Positions 26,145-39,319 of a stretch of 64,000 bases of DNA are shown here, one piece after another. The position numbers and the translations under genes were made by a program. Under the pieces are notes generated by a model. The model had not been told where the DNA came from, did not search any database, and saw only the letters and a list, made by a program, of their open reading frames with translations. This stretch comes from Podarcis muralis (lineage: Eukaryota), in assembly GCF_964188315.1 (NCBI RefSeq), contig NC_135656.1, positions 1,860,001 to 1,924,000 of the forward strand, in the 5' to 3' direction. Position 1 is the first letter of the stretch, and the number at the start of each line of letters is the position of its first letter.

Positions 26145-27814
26145 CGTTACTTCCTACCCAGTATATTTGCACTGCACAATCCGGGTGCGGGTCGGCAAGC
26201 GTTTGGGCATCGGCCATTGATGTTCTCCTTCCTGACGTTCAGTATGATCACGTGCATGTTCACTTGGAAGTCCTGCTGAGACTTCTGGGTAAGTGGCTGT
26301 AGGCTTTCAGCCTTAGTGGAAATTTTGAGCTGGAAATCCCCTGCTTTAAATAGGAATGGGTGTACATTGGTTGCAACCGGTCAGGATTTCTAGAGAAATG
26401 AAATGGATTGACTTTATTTTAAGATCCTGATTTAATTCAGCAACGTAGTTTCTAACAGTTAAAAGCACCCAGAAGCTGGCATTTCAAAGCCAAGCAAAGA
26501 GGAGTCTTTTCGTCTGCTCTGTGGTTTGATTCCGCTAGGTCTCTTTTGCACTGTTTGGGTCCAGCGCCATGCATTCATTGACTTCAATGGGCTTCGTTTT
26601 TGGATCAGCCTGATCCATTCCAGGTCAGGTAATCCAGGTGCTGATTGGCACTTGCTGCACACTTCAAGGAGGGAGAGGGAAATTTACCATATAACACCTT
26701 TGCTCCACTCTAGGAACATCGGCACCATTGTCTTTTTTTTGTTTTAAATATTTTACATGCCTCAAATGCTTCAGTTAGGGGAATAAATACTCCATTTTTT
26801 ACAAAGAACATGTTGGTTTATAAAAATTGTAGATGGCAAGCACACTCACTTCCTCAGGAGCAATGCCTCGTTGAGATGTGACCTGGTATGGTCCATGTGT
26901 ACACTCTCCTAAATGTAGTGCTTCTTTCTTACTGTTTCCTTATAACTATGAGTAGGCTGAGGGAGACATGTACCTGCAATTTTGATACTATACTGTATTT
27001 CATTACCTGCTGAAAATGTTCATTTCACCAAGGGTTTTCAGAAAACACATTTGTGTCTGCAGAACATGGAATTGTAGAGTTGGAAGGAACCCTGAGGGTC
27101 ATCTAGTCCAACCCCCTGCAATGCAGGAATCTCAACACACACGCCCGAGGGGTTTGAGCCCCACATTGAGCAAAAGTGTTCAGCATTGCAGTGGTTGGAC
27201 TAGATGACCCTTGTGGTCCCAAGTCTACAATTCTATGATTCTGTGGTAATCATTTTTTTCCCTATATTTTATAGTTTTATGATCCCTCAATGCTTTCATC
27301 GTACCCCACCGTCACATTTTTTATGAGCTGGCAGTTTAGAAATATTCTTATAAATAGATGAGAAAAGAAATTAAATTCCATTGAAGATTACAGGGGAAAA
27401 TAAAAAAATGGATGAAATTTTAAAGGGTGGGGTGCAGAGCTTGCTACATGCCTACCTTGTTACTTCTGAAATGACCAAGGAGTGCTTTGGGTGTCTTGAT
27501 GAGCCAGCCAGCTCATCAGCAGTCTGCCCTTTGCAGCATTCCCAATGCCCACATGGCCATTAAAACTCAGGGGAGGCAGCATCAGGCAACTCCTCTGATA
27601 GGGATTTTTTCCAGATCTGGAGCTTGCAGCAATGTTTGCTGGAAACAAAAGCACAGGCACCACCCTTGACAGAGGCAGGAAAATGGAAGCCTCTTTGGCA
27701 AGTGAAGAAAACTTGTGAAATGGGGGAAGAGATTGTGGCAGAACAATACGTCAGTGCTAAAAGGTAGTGGAAGACAAATCTTTAAAAGAAAGAAGGATAA
27801 GAAAGCTCTTAGAT

Positions 27815-27948
27815 CAGGCATAGGCAACCTTGGCCTGCCAGATGTTTGGCCTGCCAACTCCCATGATCCCTAGCTAACAGGACTAGTGGTCAGGGATGTT
27901 GGGAATTGAGTCCCAAAACATCTGGCGGGCCGAGGTTACCTATGCCTG
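27815..27948. mobile_element. hAT-type MITE
   Basis: TIR CAGGCATAGG(C/T)AACCT; degenerate 8-bp TSD TCTTAGAT/TCTTAAAC. Relatives near 8480-8620, 42180-42260, 50270-50400 and 54440-54550. Confidence 0.7.
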
Positions 27949-28130
27949 TCTTAAACAATACTTTGTCTGCCCTGTTAAAATAGCCCAAGGGTCTAGTGAT
28001 GTTGGTCTATATACTAAGAGGTGGCTCATCCACTTCTTGGTCAGTGCTGTTCTATTCTACATATTTAGTAACTTTCAGCTGCTGGTGCTGCCTTGAGAAT
28101 AGAATAGCAAGCTCTTTTGCTTCTTGAAGA

Positions 28131-29123
28131 TGTCGTAAGAGAGTCATGGTCAGAGAGGGGAATAAAGGAAAAATGACCCTACCAATATCAAAGTTATAGT
28201 ATTATGCCTTAAAACCCCACAAGAAAAATAAACTGTGCCTTGGAGAATGCATTGTTTGAGAATGTATCATTTTGCTGTGTTTTCTCATTGACTTAAGAAT
28301 GTATCTAAATGTATCCTTACGGAAATGTATAGGAATGTATCTGAAAGTACTGCATGCATCCTTACTGAAATGTATATCTTTCCCTTGAATGTATCTTTAC
28401 TGAAATGTATTTTTCTCAAAACGCTGTACTATGCTGTATTTTCTGCATGTATCCAATCCTAGCTGCCAAAACACTCTCCACCACACTGCCATCTACTGAG
28501 TCCAACCCAAAATAGTTTTATTTTCCAATAAGTATGCAAACATGAGACTATCACAGAGACTATCACACTCGAATTGATAGCAATGCAGAGCAGGATCTCA
28601 CATTAACATTGAAGCCATTTCCCGAACATCCAGCCTCACGAACTGCATACTGATTATTAGCAGCTACGGAAAGCTTTCCTGTAGATAAAGGAACAGCCAT
28701 TAACCAGATCCAGAAGAAGCTCAACACATGTTATTCCAGCCCTCCAGGAAAATTGACACCTCCCAAGATCTTACAACATCCTACTTACCTTATGTGAACC
28801 CCCTCTTCTCCCCATTCAGGTCTCTTCCCACCACCTCTGCTGTTATTGATCTGTATGGAAACCAAAAGGTATAAGAGTCAAAGCAGCCCTTTGTTTGAGG
28901 TTCTCACTCCGTTTTTATGGCGTGAGGGGGGACCCTGTTTCAACAGTTTTGTTTTTTCCTGTTCTTTCAATAAAGATCAGACTTTGTTTTTTCACCAATC
29001 CTGGTGTGGTCTCTGACATTTCCCGACCGGTAAGGAGCCTCCACAACCGCGCTCCTTCCGAGGTCCCAGTCCTCCTTATGAGGCAGGGCAGGGACTCCCT
29101 TGGGGAAGGAATTATTTATTTCA
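28131..29123 (+). mobile_element. Candidate ERV solo LTR between H3 and H2A
   Basis: TG...CA ends, 4-bp TSD AAGA, U3-like repeats (CTTAC(T/G)GAAATGTAT x3), TATAAGA at about 28869, AATAAA at about 28969. Confidence 0.55.
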
Positions 29124-30538
29124 AAGACAAACCACTGCTTCAGTCTGTGACGCGGGCACCCAAGGCCTTGGAAATCTGGAGACTGCTCTGGCAACTAGAA
29201 GACCCAGAGGGCCACTTCAGTCTACCATTTTTGGTCACTAAATTTCCACTTAGGCCAAGCCTTGCTTGGTAGCTTGAGAAAGGAACTGCTCTTTAATCCA
29301 GAGAATTTGCAACAGCCTCTTTCCTTGCTCTTTGCATTTCTTGTGTTTGAAGAACCAGAAATCAAGATCAAAAACATCCCATTAGAGACATCCTGTGTTA
29401 AACGGAGAATCACATGGGACTGCATAATTGTTGGCTAGGATATAATTACTGTTTTGAAACCAAATAAGATGGTGGAAGCTGGCAGATACTGGCTGCTTGA
29501 GTACATTTGGAACCCTTTTCTGCTACTCTTCAACTGAATACATGCCCTTGCATAAACACCCTAAGATATCAATTCAGTACTTTCCTAACTACTCTCATTT
29601 GCTGAGATTTGTGGGTAGAAAATTACTATCTCACTCTCTATCTGGATAAATTAAAAAATTGTCCAGTAGCACCTTAGAGAGATTGCTTTTGCTGTTAATG
29701 TGTGTGCACATGCAGTACAGAGCTTAATGTTTCAGCCTCCTATTCCAGGTCTCTTTGGATTCTTAGGCCAGGAGTACACAACTAGGAGCTCACTTTAAGA
29801 CTGATCTTGCATTGTTAACTGGGCCACTACCTTCTGACGCACACCTGAAATAAACTCTCCAGAGGGTGCAGTAGATCATATTCAAATACGTGATGAGACA
29901 AGTTTTAAAACATCATTTTTAGAAAACAAATTGTTTAGTTCAATTTACAAAAGTTAGTTTTCCCATGTCAGTACAATGGTTTTGTCAGTGCTTGAATCCA
30001 CCTTATGTGCAGAGCAGACAGCTGCAGATAACAGGAGCTGCCATCCAGAATGTCCAGAGGGGACGAGGTTCGGGAAAGCTAGATTAGATTGAACAAAAGA
30101 CAATTGAAATTCTTCATTAAAATATTGTTAAAATCATTAGAAACAAGTTACACTAAAAATTAAAACCAGTAACTGCACAGCTGTTATACTTTAAAAATCA
30201 CATGCCTAGATAGTCTTGCTGAAACTGAAAGGTTCTTAGGAGGCACTGAAAACAATACAAAGACAGCATCTGCCTAATGTCAATGGGCAGTCAGTTCCAG
30301 AGTGTAGGAGCTGCCACACTAAGTAACTGGTTTCCTGCAAGTGCAGAGGAAACACTTTGCAAGTGCCAGTTCTGCAAATCTAAATGGTATTTATTCTCTA
30401 CTGATGGCAGGGTGTACTTTGGCTGAATTGGCAACTTTTGAATGTGTGTAAAACTCCACAGATACATGGGAGATGGGGATTCTCCATTCATTCACTTTCC
30501 TTTAGTGCCTCTGCCTCTGTTCATCTGCAGATGCTATA

Positions 30539-30753
30539 CAGTGATACCTTGGGTTACATACGCTTCAGGTTACAGACTCCACTAACCCAGAAATATTACC
30601 TCGGGTTAAGAACTTTGCTTCAGGATGAGAACAGAAATCGTGCTCCGGTGGTGCGGCGGCAGTGGGAGGCCCCATTAGCTAAAGTGGTACCTCAGGTTAA
30701 GAACGGACCTCTGGAACAAATTAAGTACCGGTACTTAACCTGAGGTACCACTG
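30539..30753. mobile_element. Tc1/mariner-type MITE
   Basis: TIR CAGTG(G/A)TACCT..GGTTA, flanked by TA on both sides. Confidence 0.85.
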
Positions 30754-31867
30754 TATATCTGAGGTCCAGTGTGAGGGCTTAAAGGCACCCATGGCAACAG
30801 AGTATGGTGACCAAAGTTGATGGACAAAAGAGTTGTCAAGGAGAGGGGCAGTTTTCTGATAGTGGAGCTTCTTCCATCCCTGCACCTCTCCTGCCACACC
30901 CATTTGGACAGGGCAAGAGCCTTTGGCTTCCTCTTGCATCTGCTACCCATACCACTAAATGTAAAACAACAAGTAATATTTGCACAATTGCTGACTTTAT
31001 GATGTGTGTGTTTTTCTCAATTTTCCTTCCTGTGTTTTGAAGAGCAGCTCTGATTTTTAAAATGGATTCTTTTGCTTGATAAATTATTGTTTGTGCTTCT
31101 TCTTCCCCAATTCCCATCTGGCCAGTCCCCACAACAAAGCAGTAAAATAAGTTTGATATGTCCTAAAGGCTCCAACAGGTCACCTGGTAGAATACCGTTA
31201 CTGCACTTCTTCCCAAATCTACTGCCCATATCCACAGCTGAATTTTGGACTCAACTTAGATATGTGCATCACGTCACATTAATTCAAAAGGCCTCTCTAG
31301 GCTACACCATAAACAGCACCTTCCCTGACATAAGGTAAAATACGGTAGTATTCTGCTCTTTCATGCTATACTCATTTCCCCAAGGCCCTCTGCCATATAT
31401 TTGGTTACGGGGTGGGGTGGGGTGCACCTCTAAGTTCTTTGCCTTTCCAGCTTATTAAAATTTATGACTCAAAGCCTAAGCATAGGATATAATTGTTGTA
31501 AATACATCATCCATGTGATGATCTTGCAGCAGTATAATTTGTATGTTAAGACAAGAGCACTCAGAAGCGTGCTGTCAGACTAGATCCTCCAAAGGAAGGG
31601 GGATCTAGTTGAAAACATTATGGAGGCAGGAATCAGACATGGGGGGGGGGGGACATACACAGGATCCCTGCCAACACAGAGATGGCTGCAGCCCAAGCAT
31701 GTTTTTTCATCTTCCATTTCACTATCCCCAAGCTAGAAAATTGGAAAAAGCTCCCCCAATGGCAGGAAAGTAACACCTGTGCTAGGGGAAGAATTGCTCA
31801 CCAACAGCAAACTCCATACCTAGTTTTTAATGACAAGCAACTTTTAGAAAATCTTTATTGTGCTTTA

Positions 31868-32066
31868 GAGACCAACTACAGTAAGTTTGTTCTGGGTATA
31901 AGCTTTCGTGTGCATGCACACTTCTTCAGATACCTGAAATGCATGCACACATAAACTTATACCTGGAACAAACTTAAGTTGGTCTCTAAGTTGCTACTGG
32001 ACAATTTTTATTTATTTATTTATTTTGGCTGCACCAGACCATCACGGCTACCTACCTTAATCTAGA
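31868..32066. mobile_element. Penelope-like retroelement terminal fragment with internal inverted repeat
   Basis: GAGACCAACT...TGCATGCA (31868-31919) is inverted at about 31940-31986 and carries the hammerhead. Related pieces at about 33686-33780 and 29653-29680. Family assignment is from recalled similarity. Confidence 0.6.
31895..31934 (-). ncRNA. Minimal type-I hammerhead ribozyme motif in a Penelope-like element terminus
   Basis: Minus strand GGUAU-CUGAAGA-A-GUGUGCAUGCACAC-GAAA-GC-UU-AUACC: 5-bp stem I, conserved core, palindromic stem II, AGCU palindrome in place of stem III. Confidence 0.75.
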
Positions 32067-32448
32067 TTTATAGTGCTTATTATTCTTGTTTTTACACTTT
32101 GAGACAGTTTGGGAGCCAAGTGTTTGGGTGCTTCACGTGCTGAAGTTGACTGCAACATGTCCAAACTGACAAGCTATCACATTCCCAGCACCACACATTA
32201 TGTTTTGGTTTAGTTTGTCAGGCTCAGGAGCTTATCCAAATAGGAACCATGACAATACAGCTGTAATTTAAACTAAGTGCAGTAGATCAAAGACATAATT
32301 GCCAACTTTGATAACCATGAATATCACCAACAAATAAAACTAATGATAAATGATTTGAAAGCACACATGTCATATGGCCTCCATTTCTACAAACTGTAGC
32401 AAAGGGGAAAGCAAGAAAGGATTGAGGCAACAGCAACCAGGCGATTGC

Positions 32449-32489
32449 CAGCTCTTTTCTGGAAGGTGTGGGTGGCTCTGAAAAGAGCC
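32449..32489 (-). terminator. H2A 3' stem-loop and downstream element
   Basis: GGCTCT-TTTC-AGAGCC (32474-32489), then AAAAGAGCTG. Confidence 0.9.
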
Positions 32490-32534
32490 TTTGGTTCAGT
32501 TTCAAGGAGAACTGCGAGGCCCAGAAGAGCAGCT

Positions 32535-33056
<522 letters not shown>

Positions 33057-34631
33057 TTAAAAAAAATAAACCAATTGGGAAAAAGATTTCTAAGTCTGCA
33101 CCAACCTGAGGGGGAGACGACGCGTTCATCCAATTGAAAGTGGGGAATCACAGGCTCATCATTTGCATGTGCGCGCCCAAATGGGGATGAGCTTAAGAGC
33201 CCTCGCAGCCAATCGAAAAGTTGGGGCATAACAGCTCCCCACTCCGAGCTTCCGCGGCTTCTTCTTACAGTCGTCTGACAGAAGGGGTGGGAGTGTTTCT
33301 AATGCGTGAGGTTGAGGTGTGCTTTGATGAATGAAATAATTTAAATTGTGCCATAAGGAAGAGCTTGTTTCTGTCGTGCGCGCGCTAAATTTCGCCCGAG
33401 AGTTAATGTGTCAGCTTTGGTCTCGTGGACAGCTGGTCAATTATAGATGTATCCTTTGAATTATTATCATAATCATTGTTTATTTTATTTCTCGCCCTTA
33501 ACACGCAGGTCCCAGAGATGTGCGGAATAGACGTGCCTGATGAAGCTCCGCTCCACGCTGCTGGAGCTTAGCTTGGGGGGCAAAGGTCTGCAGTGTGTCC
33601 AAGCAGATCCAGCATGTAGAACCTGATTGAGAGTGTATGGGTTCTGGGAAATAGGGGGTCACATTCAAACAAGATCGCCAGCCATGATTCTAGATTCAGG
33701 TAGGTAGCCGTGTTGGTCTGACGCAGTCGAAATAAATAAAATAGGTGCTACTGGACAATTTTTTAATTATTTATTTAGATCGCCAACATTACTCTGAACG
33801 AGGAGGCGGAACTCCGTCCGTGTCGACGATTAAGTTCCATCAGCAGAAGTTGAACTTTACACTAGAACTTGGGTGGAAGAGCCCGCTTTACCTTGGCGTT
33901 GGGGGCAGGGCTATGTTTAGTGCAGGAAATACATTTTTTACAGGAAATGTCCTAGTTCTAACTACCTCAGTTTGGGAATGCAGCAAGCCATGCTTGGTGT
34001 CACATCTCTGCAGGAAAAACACAAAAATTTCCTCCTCCTACTGACGTGAGGATGAAGAAGAAAGGAATTAGGTAATGAAGGAAGCAACCTTAAGAGTATC
34101 CCTCAAGCCTGAAGAAAGGTCATCATGGGTTAAAGGGCAGACTAGACTAGAGTTGCCCATGCCCTCTCATGTAGGTACAGTACATCAACCTCAAGCGCAA
34201 GCTGAGTTGTATTCCAACACTTGATGGTCCAATAGGATGACATTACAAAACAGCTTTCATATGCTCATATTGTACCATTGTCCGGCTAGTGGTCAGAGTT
34301 TTCAGGGACCCTACACAGAAATGAAGGGGAAGCGAGTGAATTGCACGTCATAAGAATACCTTTCTACGCCTGCTCAAAAGCAGGGAAGGCGCCAGCGCGC
34401 TCTCTCAGTTAAATTGTTGCAGCTAATTTATTACTGGCTGTTTTGAAATACTGCTGCGTTTTATTGGAGAAGCTGACTTAGCATTGCCCTATAGCGTTGT
34501 TGTAACAGTATACGCTCCTGCGTTCACTCCCCGCTCGTCCTCGTCCCCCGCTCAAAGTTTTCCTTCAGGTCGGCTTTCAGACTATATAAAGTGAAACTGC
34601 TGCCTGTCGCTCTCATTCGCAAGGTCTTTGA

Positions 34632-34952
<321 letters not shown>

Positions 34953-35003
34953 AATTAGGCAATGCCGCAGTAGCATTAGCAGTTACCAAAAAAATACTCA
35001 AAA

Positions 35004-35044
35004 GGCCCTTTTAAGGGCCATCCACGTTTTCAACAAAGAGTTGT
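35004..35044 (+). terminator. H4 3' stem-loop and downstream element
   Basis: GGCCCT-TTTA-AGGGCC (35004-35019), then AAAGAGTTGT. Confidence 0.9.
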
Positions 35045-35387
35045 ATTACTGTTACAAAGTAGCCTTATGTACCAAACTTTCTGCCACTTAGGTTTATACT
35101 TTGTTGTAGCTGCCAGACGTCAGAGTGCTCTTTTACCTCCCGTTTCCAAATCACACTGCAGATCATGTGCAGCGAAGCAAAATTTATGTGCATCCCCCCA
35201 AAATTCAAAAGCTCCTTTCCCTTTTTTTGCGGGGGGAGGGGGGGAAAAGGTACTTCATTACGAACGCATTTTCACTAGTAGTGATTTCTTTCAGCCTTTT
35301 TTGATATTTGTGGGTGGCTCTTAAAAGAGCCTTTTTGTGATGCACAGATGTTTTAGATTTTGTTAGGTGAAAAAGCCCGCTTCTTCC

Positions 35388-35789
<402 letters not shown>

Positions 35790-35839
35790 TCAGCTCCGCT
35801 CAGAGGCGCAACAAAAAATAAAACTGCAATTAAGAAGAA

Positions 35840-36114
35840 AAGAACCCCCGGCGCCTTTTATGCCCTCCTCGCCGAGGGACGCGCAATTACGGATTGGCCA
35901 GATCTGTCACCAGCACAGCAGAGCCAATGAGAAGACAATTTCTAAAGGCGGCCAATCGGGAGCGGAGAGGCAGCTGCCGCCCAATGAAAAGCCGGCGCTT
36001 GCAGTGCTCTAATTTGCATGTGCGTGCGCAGTGGCGGCGCTACAAAATGCTGCCCTCAGCCAATGGAAAGGTTCGGCATTGGAACCCTTCATTTGCATAG
36101 GGAGACTATAAATA
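35840..36114. promoter_or_regulatory. Bidirectional H2A/H2B promoter
   Basis: Octamers 36012-36019 and 36091-36098, CCAAT 36060, TATAAATA 36107; H2A side has CATAAAAG and CCAAT on the minus strand. Confidence 0.85.
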
Positions 36115-36133
36115 CAGGGCTGGGATGAGTTAG

Positions 36134-36580
<447 letters not shown>

Positions 36581-37794
36581 GCGGACTCTGCTGCTGAGAA
36601 AGGCCACCCAGAACCCAAAGGCTCTTTTAAGAGCCACCCACTTTTCTCAGAAGAGAGCGAGTCACTTGTCTCCAAACTGCAGTATATTTACCTGGCACGT
36701 TGGCGTCCCCCGTCCCCCCCCCAGCAATAAAAGGCAATGACTTCTTAAATTTATCCAGAATTCTACGCATAAGCTCGTCTGTTACTGCGGCAACCTATCA
36801 AACAAGTGCAACGTTTCCCTCTTTCCGCCCATTCTCCGTTACATCAGTTTCGTAGATGGTTTTGCAGTCACACAGTTCTGGATTTTGCTTTTGGCACAGA
36901 AATTTCAGATTAGTACTGCCTTAATTTCTTTTTTAAAATGCTACAATTTTGAAACGAGCCCTAATCTACATAACGGAATCTAGTTATGTAGCCTGCAGTA
37001 GGTTACGTTCTGCGGAGATGGTCCCGCTAGTCAGAACACTTTAGCACCTTGTCCGTTTTAGGGACAGAGATTAACACCTGAAACTGACTTGAATGCTCCA
37101 TCTTTCAGCCTGTATGCAATTCATCGATACCTGGGCAAGTTAGTATAGCAGAATCGATCTAGTCATGGGGAAGGTCCTGTTCGCTCGCTGCTTCCGATTC
37201 TCCCCCAAAGAACCTGCTCAGCGGGAGTCTTTATTGAAGCCTTGAGACAACAGCCTCTTTGCGCATGGATGGGTGTCTCCTGCTGGGCACTTTTCTAAGC
37301 CTCAGAGATCCTGGCGGGGCGCACTTGCGGCATAGCATCCTCAATAGGCTTCCTAAGAAAATGGCATGGCGCGGAGCGGGGGGCAGCCCAGTGTAACAAG
37401 TGCAAGCTGCTTCCGTATTAGGAAGAATACGATCGCGACAGAATAAGCAGTGCGATCCCTGTTCGCTTGGTGTTTTACATCCCTCTTCTTTGTCATTCTC
37501 TATACTGCCACCTAATGGGCATATGCGGTCATGCAGAGTTGATCGAAAGCTGGTCTGCAGAGGCTGCTCATAGCGGGGCAGAGGGGCCGGCTGGTTTCCA
37601 CCTCAGTATTGCCTCCACCATGTTTGCTGCTGGCCTGCTTGTTGCTTCTCTCTCTCTCTGCTAGCTCTGTTCCTTTTCTGAAATCTGACAGGGGCTACTT
37701 CTCCAGGCTTGATGGAGACCAACTCCTACTGGCCTCCAAATATGCAAATAGTCACCTGTGGGAAGGAACACACCTTTCTCTGACACACCCACCC

Positions 37795-38202
37795 ATTATC
37801 CCTGTGTGTTTCTTAGAATCACATAATTGTAGAGTTGGAGGGGACTCCAAGGGTCATCATCTAGTCCAACCCCTGCAATGCAGGAATCTCAGCATCCAGT
37901 CACCAGACCCTGCTTTGCTTTCCACCAGGACCCCCTTTGCACCTTCACTTCACTTTTAAGACTGCTGTGGGCTCTCATGCATATGTTAATCAGATTTTCC
38001 AGAGGGACAGCAAAGCACCCTGTGTTGCAACCTTGGGGTGCTGCAGGTGCTGATTGACTCCCCCCACATCCACCTATTATCCCTGTGTGTTTCTTAGAAT
38101 CACATAATTGTAGAGTTGGAGGGGACTCCAAGGGTCATCATCTAGTCCAACCCCTGCAATGCAGGAATCTCAGCATCCAGTCACCAGACCCTGCTTTGCT
38201 TT
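37795..38202 (+). repeat. Two identical 127-bp direct repeats (37795-37921 and 38076-38202)
   Basis: Base-by-base identical; each includes a CR1-like tail fragment plus flanks. Confidence 0.9.
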
Positions 38203-38398
38203 GCAAATGGCTAGCAGTTTTATTGCTGCACAGGGCCATTGCTGCATGTGTTGCTCTTTGTATTGTACAAGCACAAAGTAGGTGGTCCCCCAAAGAGCAC
38301 CAAAGCCCCAGGGGGAGCCAACAGAACCCACAAATGGTATAGAAGGCAGTGAACATATTTGACAGATAAAACGATATGATATTGTACAGTATATTGTA

Positions 38399-38738
38399 AG
38401 GTAAAGGTACCCCTGCCCGTACAGGCCAGTCTTGACAGACTCTAGGGTTGTGCGCCCATCTCACTCAAGAGGCCGGGGGCCAGCACTGTCCGGAGACACT
38501 TCCGGGTCACGTGGCCAGCGTGACATCACTTCTCTGGTGAGCCAGAGCCGCACACGGAAACGCCGTTTACCTTCCCTATTTATCTCCTTGCACCCAGGAG
38601 TGCTTTCGAACTGCTAGGTTGGCAGGCGCTGGGACCGAACAACGGGAGCGCACCCCGCCGCGGGGATTCAAACCGCCGACCTTTCGATCGGCAAGCCCTA
38701 GGCGCTGAGGCTTTTACCCACAGCACCACCCACGTCCC
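38399..38738 (-). mobile_element. Sauria SINE
   Basis: A/B boxes on the minus strand, ACCTTT tail, 10-bp TSD GTATATTGTA. Confidence 0.9.
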
Positions 38739-39139
38739 ATTGTATATTGTATTAGTACATAAAAACGCATGGAACATGAACTATATTCTGGCTGGGAAAG
38801 TGCAGTGAGTGGAGCATCTGCTTTCCATGCAGAAAGTCCCAGGCTCAATTCCTGGCATCTCCAAGAAGGGCTGGGGAAGTTCCCTGCCAGTCAGTGTGGG
38901 CAATGCTTGACTTGATGGGTCTCCACGCCATCAAGTGACCCAAGGAAGAAGCGGGGCTCCTCAGGCAGAAAAGGCCACACCTGCAAACAAAGACAGCAAG
39001 CTCCACTTTGGGCACCCAAGGGGAACCAATCCCAACAGGGCTTGCATTTGACACCAAATTTAAAAGGCAATCCAGGTGAGTGCTGTTTCTGAAGGAGTCC
39101 CTGGGTGAGCCCTTTGAAGCCACATCTTTAGCTGCCACC

Positions 39140-39319
39140 CAGTGGCGTAGCGTGGGTTGTCAGCACCCGGGGCAAGGCAAGTAATTTGTGCCCCCTAACC
39201 TGTGGATTTGCGCCCCCTAACCCGTGGATTTGCGCCCCCTAACCCGTGGATTTGCCCTAACCCCAGATGTTGCGCCCGGTGCGGCCGGCCCCCCCTGCAC
39301 CCCCCACGCTACGCCACTG
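39140..39319. mobile_element. hAT MITE with internal CCCTAA-containing tandem repeats
   Basis: 17-bp TIR CAGTGGCGTAGCGTGGG; perfect 8-bp TSD CTGCCACC. Confidence 0.92.

Noticed and set aside
33340-33370. AAGAGCTTG as a leftover H2B downstream element
   Set aside because: No stem-loop at the right distance, so it may be chance.
39185-39265. CRISPR-like or interstitial-telomere array
   Set aside because: Tandem units have no unique spacers, lie inside a TIR/TSD-bounded MITE in a vertebrate, and the hexamers are not contiguous.
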